Source: Bacteroidales bacterium
Lineage (GTDB): Bacteria; Bacteroidota; Bacteroidia; Bacteroidales; JAADJA01
Length of the DNA: 64,000 nt
Assembly (NCBI GenBank): GCA_030596605.1
Contig: JAUVJI010000004.1
Span: forward strand, 464 to 64,463
Direction of reading: 5' to 3'
Notes under the pieces: model-generated
Told to the model about the DNA's origin: nothing
Seen by the model: only the letters and a program-made list of their open reading frames with translations
The model's database searches: none
Made by a program: the position numbers and the translations under genes
Shown: in pieces, positions 29,601 to 39,729 of the stretch
How positions within the stretch are numbered: the first letter of the stretch is position 1
Layout: the number at the start of each line of letters is the position of its first letter

Positions 29601-32600
29601 ATTACGACTCCTGGCCAACAGGAATTTCTGCCGGTATCAACGAAGATGGTACACTTGCAACTCCCGACTCAAGATGGGGAGGTATTATGCGCGAAATCAC
29701 AACTCCTGATTTTGAAGCTGCAAATATTGAATATATTGAATTCTGGATGATGGATCCATTTGCAGAAGGCTCACCAAATACGACAAATAGTGGTGGTGAG
29801 CTTTATTTCAATCTTGGCGACATTTCTGAAGATATTTTGAAAGATTCGCGCAAAAGTTATGAGCACGGATTGCCTATTTCCGAAAATTTTGATGAAACCG
29901 ATATTATTAATACAGTTTGGGGCCGTATACCTAATAAACTTGATCTTGTACAATCATTTTCGAATGAACCCGGTGCTCGTGATTACCAGGATGTAGGCTA
30001 TGATGGATTAAGGGATGATGATGAAAGGAATTATTTTACAGAATTTTCGGAATATGATAGCGCTTATTATTATTTGGATAACCTGAAAACCTTGTATGGG
30101 GAAAATTCAACAGTTTATGAAATTGCTAATTCAGATCCTTCTGGTGATAACTATCAAAATTACCGTGGAGATGATCTTGATATTGATGATACTTATTCCA
30201 GTGTTCTTAGAAGATACAAAGAATATAACGGGCCTGACGGAAATTCTCCAGAAAATGTAGATGGTGGTGATTATGAAGGAAACACCAGGAAGCCTAATGT
30301 TGAGGATTTGAATAATGATAATACTTTAAGCGAAGGAGAAAGATATTTTCAATACAGGATTATTTTAAAACCCAATAAAATGAAAGTTGGTGAAAACTAT
30401 ATCACCGATATTCAGGAAGGGGAGGCAGATCTTGCCAATGGTGAAACTACTACTGTTAATTGGTATCAGTTTAAAATTCCAGTTAAAACTCCGGATAAGA
30501 TAGTTGGTAACATTACTGATTTCAGGTCAATTCGGTTTATGAGAATGTTTTTAAAAGAATTTTCAGAACCTGTCGTTTTACGTTTTGCAACACTTGATCT
30601 TGTAAGAGGAGAATGGAGAAGATACCCTCCCAGCGATGAAATGCTTGAACCCAATGTTTATCTTACCAGTAGCCAGCTGAATGCCAAATCATTTGATTTA
30701 TCTGCTGTAAACATTGAGGAAAACGGAAAAAGAGAACCCATTAATTATGTTGAACCTCCCGGTATTGAAAGAGAGGTAAACATCGGAACAACAAACCTGA
30801 CACGGATGAATGAGCAATCGATGGTGATGCGGGTTTGCGATCTTGCCGACGGCGACGCAGCTGCAGCTTATAAAACAGCTGAATTTGATTTCAGGCAATT
30901 CAAAAAACTCAAAATGTTTGTACATGCCGAAAAGTCGAGAGAGGATGATGTTTTAAAACAAGGGGATCTTACTATATTTATTCGGCTTGGTTCTGACTTT
31001 ACCCAAAATTACTACGAATATGAAATTCCTCTCAAACCAACTGAATGGAATGATGCAAGTACTCCTGAAAAAATTTGGCCAGAAGAAAATGATTTTGAAA
31101 TTGACCTGGAACAACTGGCCAATGTTAAATTGGAAAGAAACACTGCCATGCGGCAAGAGGGATCGGATATACAATTAAATTCGCCTTACTATGCATACGA
31201 TGGAACTCATAGGATAACGGTTCGGGGATCACCCACCCTTAGCGATGTTAAAGCTATGATGATCGGGATTCGAAATCCTGTAAAATCAGCTCTAAACCCG
31301 GAAGATGATGGTACGACAAAGTGTGCTGAAATTTGGGTGAATGAACTTCGGTTAACTGACTTTAACAAACAAGGTGGCTGGGCAACAACAGGACGTGTGG
31401 CAATGAATCTTGCCGACCTTGGTAATCTCGTAGTCTCAGGAACGTACAGCTCTCCCTGGTTTGCAAGCCTCGATAAAAAAATAACCGAGATACAGCTTGA
31501 CGCTATGTCACAATTTGATATTGCCACCAATCTGGAATTAGGAAAGTTTTTCCCTGAGAAATCCGGTGTTAGAATCCCGATGCACTTCGATTACTCACAG
31601 GTTAAAATAAAACCTAAATTTAATCCACTCGATCCTGACCTTGAACTGGACGTAGTACTGGATTCATATGATATTAAAGATGAAAGGGATTCAATTAAAG
31701 CGCTTACCATTGATTACACCAGGCGTAAAAATATTAACTTCATGAATGTAAGAAAAGACAGGGTTGGCGCCCAAAAAAAATCAAGAATATATGACATAGA
31801 GAATTTTGATCTTTCTTATTCATTCAGCGAAGTATATCACAGGAATGTAGATATTGAATATGATGTAGAACAAAATCACATAGGCGGTATTGGATATAAT
31901 TTTAATACAAATCCCAAAAATGTAAAACCTTTTGAAAAAATTGGTTTTATCTCTAAAACCAAAGCCCTGCAGTTTCTTAAAGATTTTAATTTTTATTTCC
32001 TGCCAAAAATGTTCTCTTTCCGGACTGATATGAACAGGATGTACAATGAAAAAAAGCTAAGGAATAAAAGCCTTGGAAATGTAATAACAAATGTCACTTA
32101 TAATAAAACATGGGATTGGAACAGGATTTATGATCTGAAATTTGATCTTGCCCAATCCTTGACCTTTAGCTTTAATGCAGTTGCCAATAGCTATATTGAT
32201 GAATACCCAGAATCTAATAAAATAATTTGGGATAGTGGTGATTTGGATGGTGATGGATTTGATGATGAAATTACACCGGATCAAAAGCAACAGAAGGTAA
32301 AAGACGAAATATTCAGTGGCGGAACAAAAAGCAGGTATACTCAAATGGCCAGTTTCAATTACAACCTGCCAATAAATAAATTGCCTCTTCTTGATTGGGT
32401 AACAGCTACTGCCGGTTATAACGTGTCGTACAACTGGACTGCACCGCCAAAAGCAATGAAGGCTTTAGGAAACACGATTTCAAATAATGTTAACTGGAAT
32501 ATTAATGGTAATGCTGATCTTAATAAGTTATACAATAAACTTGATTTTCTCAAAAAAATAAACCAACCGCCCAGAAAACGATCCGGTAAAAAAGGCCAAA

Positions 32601-34057
32601 AAAAACAAGCTAAAAATCCGGACGATACCACAAAAGTTACAAAACCAAAAGTTAATTATGGTAAAATAGCTTATGAAACAGTATTAAGATTATTAATGAG
32701 CGTAAAAAAAGTATCCTTCCAGTATTCTCAAAATCAAGGAACTACACTGCCGGGGTTTATGCCTGAGGCATCCATACTTGGCAACGACTGGAATAAAAAT
32801 GCTCCGGGATTCAAGTTTATTTTTGGCGCCCAACCGGAGAGCCCTGAATATTTTAACAAGGAAGGATGGCTTTCTCAAGATTACCGGCTGAATACATCTT
32901 ATATGCAAATGGCCAACAAGAATTTAAGCTTCCGGGTATCCCTTGAACCTTTCCGTGACCTAAAGATAGATCTCACTGCTGATCGAACGTATGCACAAAA
33001 CTTCCAAACACTCTATGTTTATGATACAATAGATGGCAGGTTTATTGAAAACAGCGCAATGCAAATGGGATCCTTTTCCATGACATATATTACCTGGGGG
33101 ACTGCCTTTGGGGGATCACTTGAAAATGAAAAATCACAGTATTTTGAAAACATGCTGGATTACAGGTATGATATTGCAAATCGAATTGCCAATGATGACC
33201 CCAGGGACTTAGTTGTGAATGACTCTACAGGTTTTCCTGAAGGATATGGCCCTACATCTCAAGCAGTTCTGCTACCATCCTTTGTAGCAGCTTATTCCAA
33301 TAAATCGCCTGAAAGTGTCAGTCTCGATGCATTCCCGACAATTCCTTTGCCTAACTGGAGGATTTCCTATAATGGGTTATCAAAAGTTACATTCCTCCAG
33401 GGAATCTTTAAAACTGTAACGCTTAATCATGCTTATAATTCAAGTTACAATATTGGTTCCTTCACTACAAGTATAAACTTCTTACCAGATACAATTAATG
33501 GAATGGTTGTTCCGACCAGTAAAAATCCAAATAACGGTGATTACTATCCGGAATATGATTTTGCGGTTGTAACTATTATGGAGCAATTTAGCCCGCTTAT
33601 CAATATTGACATGACATTTCAAAACAGTTTACTTGCAAAATTTGAAATGAAAAAATCAAGAAATTTATCCATGAGCTTTGCAAACAACCAACTAACGGAG
33701 GTTTCCAGTGATGAATTTATTATCGGATTAGGATTCAGGTTTAAAGAAGTCCCTGTTAATTTATCCAGATTGACGGGCGGAAAAGGAAAAACTTTTAAAA
33801 GCGATTTAAATATAAAAGCCAATTTCTCAATAAGAAACAATAAAACGGTATTGCGAAATATTGATTCAGACATCAATCAGGTTTCAGCTGGCCAAAAAGT
33901 TACCGGAATTAATGCTTCAATCGATTATATGTTATCTAAAAGTTTAACATTACGGCTGTTTTATGATAAAATTACAACAAATCCATTCCTGCCATCACAA
34001 TATAGAAACTCTACATGGAGTGGTGGTATCAGTCTTAGGTTTTCACTGGCTCAATAG
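26687..34057 (+). CDS. sprA: T9SS translocon / gliding-motility protein SprA
   Basis: A 2456-aa outer-membrane giant with size, N-terminal signal region and repeated beta-strand composition typical of SprA. The ruvA-sprA adjacency is common in Bacteroidota. The listed start is a TTG, so the true start is uncertain by up to about 25 codons. Confidence 0.88.
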   Translation: MILEKTFYLERIVRYSLLFTLLMFICSIAWGNTRTGWHIADNHYKVNKFLFPPDSITGNDTTQHINLPYPTEEEQFPYTGDDNTNPLFLKPPSNLETEVEYDPETGQYIMKHKMGELDYRSPTYMSLEEYREYDLENSVSEYWRERAKAAGVGTRSGIIPSIYIGGKAFDKIFGGHTIDIRPSGTVELIFQIIGNTRDDPTLDVNQRSQVNFDFQEKIQMNVVAKIGDKIEFKTNYNTEATFDFENKLNLSYEGDEDEIIQLIEAGDVSLPLNSSLITGSQSLFGIKTKLRFGKTTVTALYSEQESETSTITVQGGAQTNDFLLKADDYEEKKHFFLAHYFRDNYEKAYADLPIITSSINITKIEVWVTNIGAAVTQNRNIVAFTDIGEYEKIHSNKILPDNNYDQAPLPDNRANTLFSILDSNQMRDINKVSNHLLSEGFVQGEDFEKIELARKLNQNEYSFNSKLGFISLHSTLNSDQTLAVAFQFQNIGDETIFQVGEFSDEGITGQNCLMVKLLKSTYVNIRSPIWDLMMKNVYALNAYKVNRDDFTLNILYSGDETGVPTGYFEEGPFNGDPLINVFNLDNLDALGNPLPNGDGVFDFLDNAATQGGTINSSNGRIFFTVLEPFGSYLRKKFGEEYENLANKYCYDSLYTLTKTGAQQYTEKNKFLISGYYKSQSGSEISLNALNVPQGSVTVTAGGTPLVENVDYTVDYTLGRVRIINEGILNSGTPINISMESNTLFSIQTKRLMGAHIDYDFSKDFHIGGTILNLHERPLTQKVNYGDDPISNTIWGLDYSYQTESRFITKLVDKLPFISTSAPSNIAIDGEFAHFLPGHSRAVGGEGVSYIDDFEGTVSTIDLRGYTSWYLASTPQFQNDLFPEANIYGDKSSIAYGFNRAKVAWYVVDPSVFYDRNSSLRPPNITNDELSNNYVRQILEKEVFPNKEIAQGTPTNIGVFNMAFYPSDRGPYNYDSWPTGISAGINEDGTLATPDSRWGGIMREITTPDFEAANIEYIEFWMMDPFAEGSPNTTNSGGELYFNLGDISEDILKDSRKSYEHGLPISENFDETDIINTVWGRIPNKLDLVQSFSNEPGARDYQDVGYDGLRDDDERNYFTEFSEYDSAYYYLDNLKTLYGENSTVYEIANSDPSGDNYQNYRGDDLDIDDTYSSVLRRYKEYNGPDGNSPENVDGGDYEGNTRKPNVEDLNNDNTLSEGERYFQYRIILKPNKMKVGENYITDIQEGEADLANGETTTVNWYQFKIPVKTPDKIVGNITDFRSIRFMRMFLKEFSEPVVLRFATLDLVRGEWRRYPPSDEMLEPNVYLTSSQLNAKSFDLSAVNIEENGKREPINYVEPPGIEREVNIGTTNLTRMNEQSMVMRVCDLADGDAAAAYKTAEFDFRQFKKLKMFVHAEKSREDDVLKQGDLTIFIRLGSDFTQNYYEYEIPLKPTEWNDASTPEKIWPEENDFEIDLEQLANVKLERNTAMRQEGSDIQLNSPYYAYDGTHRITVRGSPTLSDVKAMMIGIRNPVKSALNPEDDGTTKCAEIWVNELRLTDFNKQGGWATTGRVAMNLADLGNLVVSGTYSSPWFASLDKKITEIQLDAMSQFDIATNLELGKFFPEKSGVRIPMHFDYSQVKIKPKFNPLDPDLELDVVLDSYDIKDERDSIKALTIDYTRRKNINFMNVRKDRVGAQKKSRIYDIENFDLSYSFSEVYHRNVDIEYDVEQNHIGGIGYNFNTNPKNVKPFEKIGFISKTKALQFLKDFNFYFLPKMFSFRTDMNRMYNEKKLRNKSLGNVITNVTYNKTWDWNRIYDLKFDLAQSLTFSFNAVANSYIDEYPESNKIIWDSGDLDGDGFDDEITPDQKQQKVKDEIFSGGTKSRYTQMASFNYNLPINKLPLLDWVTATAGYNVSYNWTAPPKAMKALGNTISNNVNWNINGNADLNKLYNKLDFLKKINQPPRKRSGKKGQKKQAKNPDDTTKVTKPKVNYGKIAYETVLRLLMSVKKVSFQYSQNQGTTLPGFMPEASILGNDWNKNAPGFKFIFGAQPESPEYFNKEGWLSQDYRLNTSYMQMANKNLSFRVSLEPFRDLKIDLTADRTYAQNFQTLYVYDTIDGRFIENSAMQMGSFSMTYITWGTAFGGSLENEKSQYFENMLDYRYDIANRIANDDPRDLVVNDSTGFPEGYGPTSQAVLLPSFVAAYSNKSPESVSLDAFPTIPLPNWRISYNGLSKVTFLQGIFKTVTLNHAYNSSYNIGSFTTSINFLPDTINGMVVPTSKNPNNGDYYPEYDFAVVTIMEQFSPLINIDMTFQNSLLAKFEMKKSRNLSMSFANNQLTEVSSDEFIIGLGFRFKEVPVNLSRLTGGKGKTFKSDLNIKANFSIRNNKTVLRNIDSDINQVSAGQKVTGINASIDYMLSKSLTLRLFYDKITTNPFLPSQYRNSTWSGGISLRFSLAQ

Positions 34058-34235
34058 TTTGAATAGATTTAATCATATACAGAATATATTTTATAATTTT
34101 TGAAATAAAGTTGAATTTTTGTGAAAATCAAATCGCGGCATATTAACATTTTGTGGGTAACTTTTTTTATTCCAATCCTTATTTTTTAAACTTTTAATTT
34201 ATTACTTTTGAATCGTAAAATTAAACAGCATAATT

Positions 34236-34616
34236 ATGGATTTCCCAACACATTTGAAGTATACAAAAGATCATGAATGGATTAAGATCGAAGGTGATAT
34301 GGCTTACATTGGCATTACGGAATTTGCTCAAAAAGAACTTGGCGATATTGTTTTTATTGAGGTAGAAACCGTTAATGAAAGTCTCGAAAAAGATGAGATA
34401 TTTGGGACCATTGAAGCAGTAAAAACTGTATCTGATCTTTTCATGCCTGTTTCAGGAGAAGTTTTGGAATTTAATGAAGAACTTGAATCTACACCTGAAA
34501 CAATCAATTCAGATCCTTATGGCAAAGGATGGATTATTAAAATAAAAATAACAAACCAGGCAGAATTGGACGAGTTATTGGATACTGCCGGTTATACTGA
34601 ATTAGTAGAGTCATAA
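34236..34616 (+). CDS. gcvH: Glycine cleavage system protein H
   Basis: Lipoyl-lysine motif ([10 protein letters not shown]), HEWIK, and the DPYGKGWI tail. 126 aa. Confidence 0.92.
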   Translation: MDFPTHLKYTKDHEWIKIEGDMAYIGITEFAQKELGDIVFIEVETVNESLEKDEIFGTIEAVKTVSDLFMPVSGEVLEFNEELESTPETINSDPYGKGWIIKIKITNQAELDELLDTAGYTELVES

Positions 34617-34754
34617 TACAATTATTGATTTTTGACCCTAATATTTTGGCAATAAAGATTTTAATAGCAGCGTTAATTAATAAATAAGTTGTTAAAGTTT
34701 ACAATTATTAATAATTTAGCATCCTGATAAGAATTCAAACATAATATATTAATT

Positions 34755-35432
34755 ATGAGAGATACAAAGAAATCACCCAAAGCAGACCTTGAAAACAAAA
34801 AAATAATATTTATTGAAATCGGCCTGGTGATAGCTCTTGCAGTTATTCTTCTGGCATTTGAATGGAAAAGTTATGAAAAGCTGGAAATTGACTTAGCTAC
34901 CAGGGTAGTAGATGATATTCCGGAAGAAATGATTGAGATTACTCAACATGAAAAACCTCCCCCTCCTCCTACTCCACCGCAACAGACAACAATTATAGAA
35001 ATAGTTGAGGATGATGTGGAAATTGAAGATGAAATAGAAATTGATGTTGAGGCCGATGAAAATACGGAAATGATGGAATATGAACCGGTTGAAGAACCAG
35101 AGGAAGAGGATGAGGCACAAATTTTTACGGTAGTTGAATCCATGCCTGGTTATCCTGGTGGAGAAGCTGCCCGTATCAAGTATTTGAACAACAATATTAA
35201 ATATCCTCAAATGGCCCGTGAGAGTGGTATCCAGGGAAGGGTATTTGTAACCTTTGTTGTTGAAAAAGATGGAAAAGTAACTGATGTTAGGGTATTAAGA
35301 GGTATTGGTGGCGGTTGTGATGAAGAAGCCATCCGTGTGATTCAAAACATGCCCAATTGGCAACCTGGTAAACAAAGAGGTAAGCCGGTTCGTGTACAGT
35401 TTAATATGCCTATATTGTTTAAATTAAATTAA
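34755..35432 (+). CDS. tonB: Energy transducer TonB
   Basis: N-terminal TM anchor, Pro-rich and acidic linker (KPPPPPTPPQQ...), and a C-terminal TonB domain (MPGYPGGEAA...GIQGRVFVTFVVEKDGKVTDVRVLRG...PGKQRGKPV). Confidence 0.82.
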   Translation: MRDTKKSPKADLENKKIIFIEIGLVIALAVILLAFEWKSYEKLEIDLATRVVDDIPEEMIEITQHEKPPPPPTPPQQTTIIEIVEDDVEIEDEIEIDVEADENTEMMEYEPVEEPEEEDEAQIFTVVESMPGYPGGEAARIKYLNNNIKYPQMARESGIQGRVFVTFVVEKDGKVTDVRVLRGIGGGCDEEAIRVIQNMPNWQPGKQRGKPVRVQFNMPILFKLN

Positions 35433-35452
35433 TCCATATTCACATAAAAACG

Positions 35453-35481
35453 AAACCCGGCGGATAATGCCGGGTTTTTTG
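35453..35481 (+). terminator. Rho-independent terminator after tonB
   Basis: Stem ACCCGGC pairs with GCCGGGT around loop GGATAAT, followed by TTTTT. Confidence 0.7.
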
Positions 35482-35504
35482 TTTCTATTGAGGATTTTCT
35501 TCTT

Positions 35505-36293
35505 TTAGTTTGTGATTAAATTTCCTGAAACGTATTTTTCCGACTTGATAAGATTACCGGATTCATCCCATTCCTCAAAAACACCATGTTTGTTTCCATT
35601 TTCCCAATTCCCTTCCTTTTTCTTTTGTCCTGTGGAATAGTAGGTAATTACAACTCCATGAGGTTGTCCTGATTTCCAATTTTCAGTTGATTCAATTTTT
35701 CCATCCTCAAAATACCAAAGCCACTCGCCCATTTGTTGTCCATTCTCGAAATATCCTTCACTGCGTCTTTTTCCATTTTCATAATACTTAATTTCGTTTC
35801 CTTGCTGAACTCCATTCACCCATTCAATTTCCGAATGAAGTTGGCCGCTTTTATACCAGCTTTGCCACACACCTTGCTGATTATTATTTTCCCAATGACC
35901 TTTGTATTCCATCTGTCCATCCACATACCAATATTTCCATTCCCCATTTTTCTGTCCATCAATAAATTCACCCTCTAAATAAATATTACCATTTTCATGA
36001 TATTTCTTCCATATTCCAGTCCTCTTACCGTTTTTATAAAAACCTTCGGACTCAGTGTTACCATTAATATGATATAAAATATACTCTCCTTCCAATAAAC
36101 CGTCCTGAAAGTTCATGTTTGTTTTCTTTTTTCCATCAGGAAAAAAATCATTGCAATTTCCGCTGAAAGGTTTATTGTTTAAATAAGAGATTCCCTCTTC
36201 TTCTTCCAGTTGTTCAAACTGAATGCTTTGTTTGCATGAGAACATTACAATTAGGAAACAAAGGGTGGCCACATTGAATAATAGTTTTTTCAT
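35505..36293 (-). CDS. MORN-repeat (YwqK-like) lipoprotein
   Basis: Lipobox (VMFSC) followed by about 9 repeats of the G.W..Y..NG....EG....G...G.W type. Confidence 0.7.
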   Translation of the reverse strand: MKKLLFNVATLCFLIVMFSCKQSIQFEQLEEEEGISYLNNKPFSGNCNDFFPDGKKKTNMNFQDGLLEGEYILYHINGNTESEGFYKNGKRTGIWKKYHENGNIYLEGEFIDGQKNGEWKYWYVDGQMEYKGHWENNNQQGVWQSWYKSGQLHSEIEWVNGVQQGNEIKYYENGKRRSEGYFENGQQMGEWLWYFEDGKIESTENWKSGQPHGVVITYYSTGQKKKEGNWENGNKHGVFEEWDESGNLIKSEKYVSGNLITN

Positions 36294-36383
36294 GAATTGT
36301 TTTTCTTAAATTCTAAATAAATATTAATTTCCCGGCTATTCTATTTGAATATCCAAAGATATAATGAATAGAAATAACAGAAA

Positions 36384-37877
36384 CTAAAAATTCCTATAAT
36401 CAAAAGTTTCAATATTACGTATTTTTCTTCCTCCGCAATTCTCTTTTATATAATTCATTCTGAAATTATTTGTAAGATTGAGCCTCAATCCGAAATAAAA
36501 ATCGAAACCACTAAAATCTTTTAAACCGATAACGCTGGTAATATCTTCTGTACCAAGGAAAAAATTCCCAAACCTAAATGCAAATCCAAGTCGGGGTTGA
36601 GCAATGTGCCATTCAACTATAGATATGGGCAAGGCAACTTCCCACCGTGCTGATTCATAGCGTGGTGTAATTGCAAGAATAGTTGGTCGTTTTAAAACAT
36701 TATTTCCTAAAGCAATACCATAAATCAGGGTACCATTCAAATATATAAATCTTTTAGGGTGATAATCAAATTGTAAACTAATTGCCAGAGGCGTGTACAA
36801 TGAAAATTTGTTATCTGCTAAAGATTGTCCGTAATAATCCGAGAAATAACTTTCAAGTTTATAATTTATCTCATTTATTGATCCTGAAGGGAGTGTGTCA
36901 TTGCTCCTGTACCAATCTGTTTCAGCATCAGCAAAATCATGAAGTTCAGCATTTTTTGAAAATCTAATATATCCGAGATCTAAGATTGACAAACCTATTT
37001 TATAATTATAGTCATCATATCTCTGCGCACATAATTGATCATAATATTTCGTTGAGTGCCCTTTTGTTGTATACATATAAGTAACTCCCAGGTCAACTCC
37101 AAAACCAAACCCCCTAATAAGTGGGCTTTCATAAGAATTATCATCGTAATTAACAGGCAGTGAATACATATAATTAAAATCAAGGTTACCTATATATGCT
37201 GTATCGTCGTGCTGGACATAATAATCAACATTGTTTAAATTTGAATAAAATCCAGAGATTCCCAACAATGGCTTAAGCGATATTCCAATTGACCAGGAAT
37301 CCCATTTATACCGATGAAAATTATATGCATATGACAAGTCAATCTCAATCCAGGACATTGAACCTGAACGAATTGGTTTATCATGTGACCAGGGAATTTG
37401 TTGTTGATCGTCAAAATCTATGGCTTCATATATAAAAATGCCTATATCCTGTGGGAGATTATTAAAAAATGAATTGGCTCTGAATGAAGTATGCAAGCCA
37501 TATGCATGTTTGCCATCAACTACCATGGCTCCTGGCCCGACTATCCTGACACTTTGAGTACCATTATAATATTCTTTGTCACGAAATATTGTGAAATTCC
37601 TTTCTTCATTTTCTTTGGTATAGTAGACAGGTATAACCCAATTGAACAACAAATCCACAAAATCGCCTTTTTCTATCAGCATATAATTGCTTTCACCAAA
37701 CATATTAAGCGATATAAGATTATAATCCATGTACAATTTTGAACCCACCATGGAAGAGGGATTCAAATGAACACCATATATTCCGGCATAATTACTATTG
37801 GCCACACCAAACATATCCTGGCCATCCAGGGCAAAATGAATTATCAGGAAAAAATATATTGTAATAATTATTTTCAT
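36384..37877 (-). CDS. Putative outer-membrane beta-barrel protein (PorP/SprF- or DUF5723-like; function unknown)
   Basis: Signal peptide, alternating aromatic/Gly beta-strand pattern, and a terminal aromatic residue (..DYRNF). The family assignment is a guess. Confidence 0.35.
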   Translation of the reverse strand: MKIIITIYFFLIIHFALDGQDMFGVANSNYAGIYGVHLNPSSMVGSKLYMDYNLISLNMFGESNYMLIEKGDFVDLLFNWVIPVYYTKENEERNFTIFRDKEYYNGTQSVRIVGPGAMVVDGKHAYGLHTSFRANSFFNNLPQDIGIFIYEAIDFDDQQQIPWSHDKPIRSGSMSWIEIDLSYAYNFHRYKWDSWSIGISLKPLLGISGFYSNLNNVDYYVQHDDTAYIGNLDFNYMYSLPVNYDDNSYESPLIRGFGFGVDLGVTYMYTTKGHSTKYYDQLCAQRYDDYNYKIGLSILDLGYIRFSKNAELHDFADAETDWYRSNDTLPSGSINEINYKLESYFSDYYGQSLADNKFSLYTPLAISLQFDYHPKRFIYLNGTLIYGIALGNNVLKRPTILAITPRYESARWEVALPISIVEWHIAQPRLGFAFRFGNFFLGTEDITSVIGLKDFSGFDFYFGLRLNLTNNFRMNYIKENCGGRKIRNIETFDYRNF

Positions 37878-38007
37878 TAACTTGATGAGGTCAAGAGTTA
37901 ATATTCAAATCAAAGATATTAACCATACCTATTATACATCTGAATCTTCAAAACGTTTGATTTAATCCAAAATTATAAATAATTCGGCAAACCTAAATCT
38001 AGTTTAA

Positions 38008-38054
38008 ATAAAAAAAGGCCAGAAAACTATGAAGATAATTCAAGTTTTCCGACC
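38008..38054 (-). terminator. Orphan minus-strand Rho-independent terminator
   Basis: On the minus strand GGTCGGAAAACT pairs with AGTTTTCTGGCC: 12 pairs including 2 G-U that would be mismatches on the plus strand. The loop is 14 nt and TTTTTTTAT follows. It lies about 330 nt downstream of the rimO stop. Confidence 0.45.
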
Positions 38055-38388
38055 TAATTAACCAACCAAAACCAAATTTTACAAATAAAAATTAACCACC
38101 ATGAAAAATTATCAGATTACATTAACCAGTTTTTACGTGGTTATTGTATCAAAGAACTGAGCACAACTACTCAATCAGCGTGCCATAATTCATATCCTCC
38201 TGCAAATGTGCATTGTACATGAATACCAACTAACATATAAAGGTCAGTGCTTTTTTACTGGGAAATTTAAATATCTCATTTACTGATATTTAGGTCTAAA
38301 CAATAATATTGGGAATATTTTTGGAAAATATCCATTTTCGTAAACTATTTCCGTCAACGGATAAAGAGTACAAAATTTGGGAGTTAGT

Positions 38389-39702
38389 TCAAATTTGGGA
38401 AACCATTCCGAAAATGTCGAAATAGTCCGCTTTTAGCACTTTTACAGGATAAAACTTACCAATTTCCAATTCCATATTCGGAGAGCTGATCAAAACTTCA
38501 TTATCTATTTCCGGAGAGTCGAATTCTGTTCTTCCAACAAAATAGTCCCCTTCTACCCTATCAATAAGTGTTTTATATACCTTGCCGACCTTACTTTTAT
38601 TAATCTCAAGAGATACCTCCTGCTGCACTTCCATTAATTTCTCAACCCTTTCATTTTTCACTTTCTCCGGAACGCTGTCAGGTAACTTATCTGCAACTGT
38701 ACCCTCTTCCGGTGAATAAGCAAAAACACCCAATCGCTCAAATTTGAATTCTCTAATAAACTCAACAAGTTCATTAAATTCTTCATCAGTTTCACCGGGA
38801 AAGCCAACAATCAAAGTAGTTCTCAGTGCTGCATCAGGTAACTGCTCACGGATCTTTGAGAGTAATTTTATGGTTTCTTCCTTTGTATGACCTCTCTGCA
38901 TCAGGGACAATATCCTGTTATTGATATGTTGCACAGGCATGTCGATGTAATTGCAGATATTAGATTTTTCCTTGATCAAAGCAAGTGCCTCTTCAGGAAA
39001 CCCTGCAGGATAAGTATAATGTAACCTTATCCACTCCAAACCTCTGATTTCGGATAGTGATTTAAGTAGAGCAGCAAATTTGTTCTTGCGGTATAAATCA
39101 ATTCCGTAATATGTTAAATCCTGGGCAATCAGGATAATTTCCTTAACACCTTTTGCAACAAGCCTTCTTGCTTCGGTAATAATTTCTTCTTCGGGTCGTG
39201 AAACATGTTTTCCCCTAATTGATGGAATGGCACAAAATGTACATCTGCGGTTGCAACCTTCGGATATTTTCAAATATGCAAAATGGGAAGGGGTTGTAAG
39301 TTTACGCTCGCCAATAAGTTCTGTTTTATAATTACCGCCCAATTCAGAAACAACTTGTTTTATGTCATTTACACCAAAATATTTATCTACAGCGGGTATC
39401 TCTTTCTTTAATTCTTCTATATACCTTTCTGAGAGGCAACCCATGACATAAACATTCTCAATTGTTCCGCTTTCTTTAGCATTAATATACTGTAAAATAG
39501 TGTCAATTGATTCTTGTTTTGCATCATTGATAAATCCACAGGTATTGATTACAACAACATCTGAATCTGTTCCCTCCTCTTCAAAAGCTACAGATATGTC
39601 ATTCGCCTTGAGTTGTCCCATCAAAACTTCAGAATCAACCAGGTTTTTTGAGCAACCCAGAGAAATTACATTTATTTTCTTTTTTGAAGATTTAGTTTTC
39701 AA
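38389..39702 (-). CDS. rimO: Ribosomal protein S12 methylthiotransferase RimO
   Basis: UPF0004 N-terminal domain (INVISLGCSKN), radical-SAM motif CNRRCTFCAIP, and a TRAM C-terminal domain. 437 aa. Confidence 0.9.
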   Translation of the reverse strand: MKTKSSKKKINVISLGCSKNLVDSEVLMGQLKANDISVAFEEEGTDSDVVVINTCGFINDAKQESIDTILQYINAKESGTIENVYVMGCLSERYIEELKKEIPAVDKYFGVNDIKQVVSELGGNYKTELIGERKLTTPSHFAYLKISEGCNRRCTFCAIPSIRGKHVSRPEEEIITEARRLVAKGVKEIILIAQDLTYYGIDLYRKNKFAALLKSLSEIRGLEWIRLHYTYPAGFPEEALALIKEKSNICNYIDMPVQHINNRILSLMQRGHTKEETIKLLSKIREQLPDAALRTTLIVGFPGETDEEFNELVEFIREFKFERLGVFAYSPEEGTVADKLPDSVPEKVKNERVEKLMEVQQEVSLEINKSKVGKVYKTLIDRVEGDYFVGRTEFDSPEIDNEVLISSPNMELEIGKFYPVKVLKADYFDIFGMVSQI

Positions 39703-39729
39703 AAGATAATATACTGATGAAATAAATAT

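Noticed and set aside
25880-34135. A shared 13-mer GAAAATCAAATCG in two intergenic regions (25880-25892 and 34123-34135).
   Set aside because: A back-of-envelope count gives about 2e9 position pairs against 4^13 possible 13-mers. That predicts tens of exact 13-mer repeats by chance in a window of this size, and more with AT bias.
38101-38160. A 19-codon plus-strand ORF (MKNYQITLTSFYVVIVSKN) in the rimO-downstream gap.
   Set aside because: It is too short, has no ribosome-binding or promoter support, and lies opposite to the only terminator seen in the gap.
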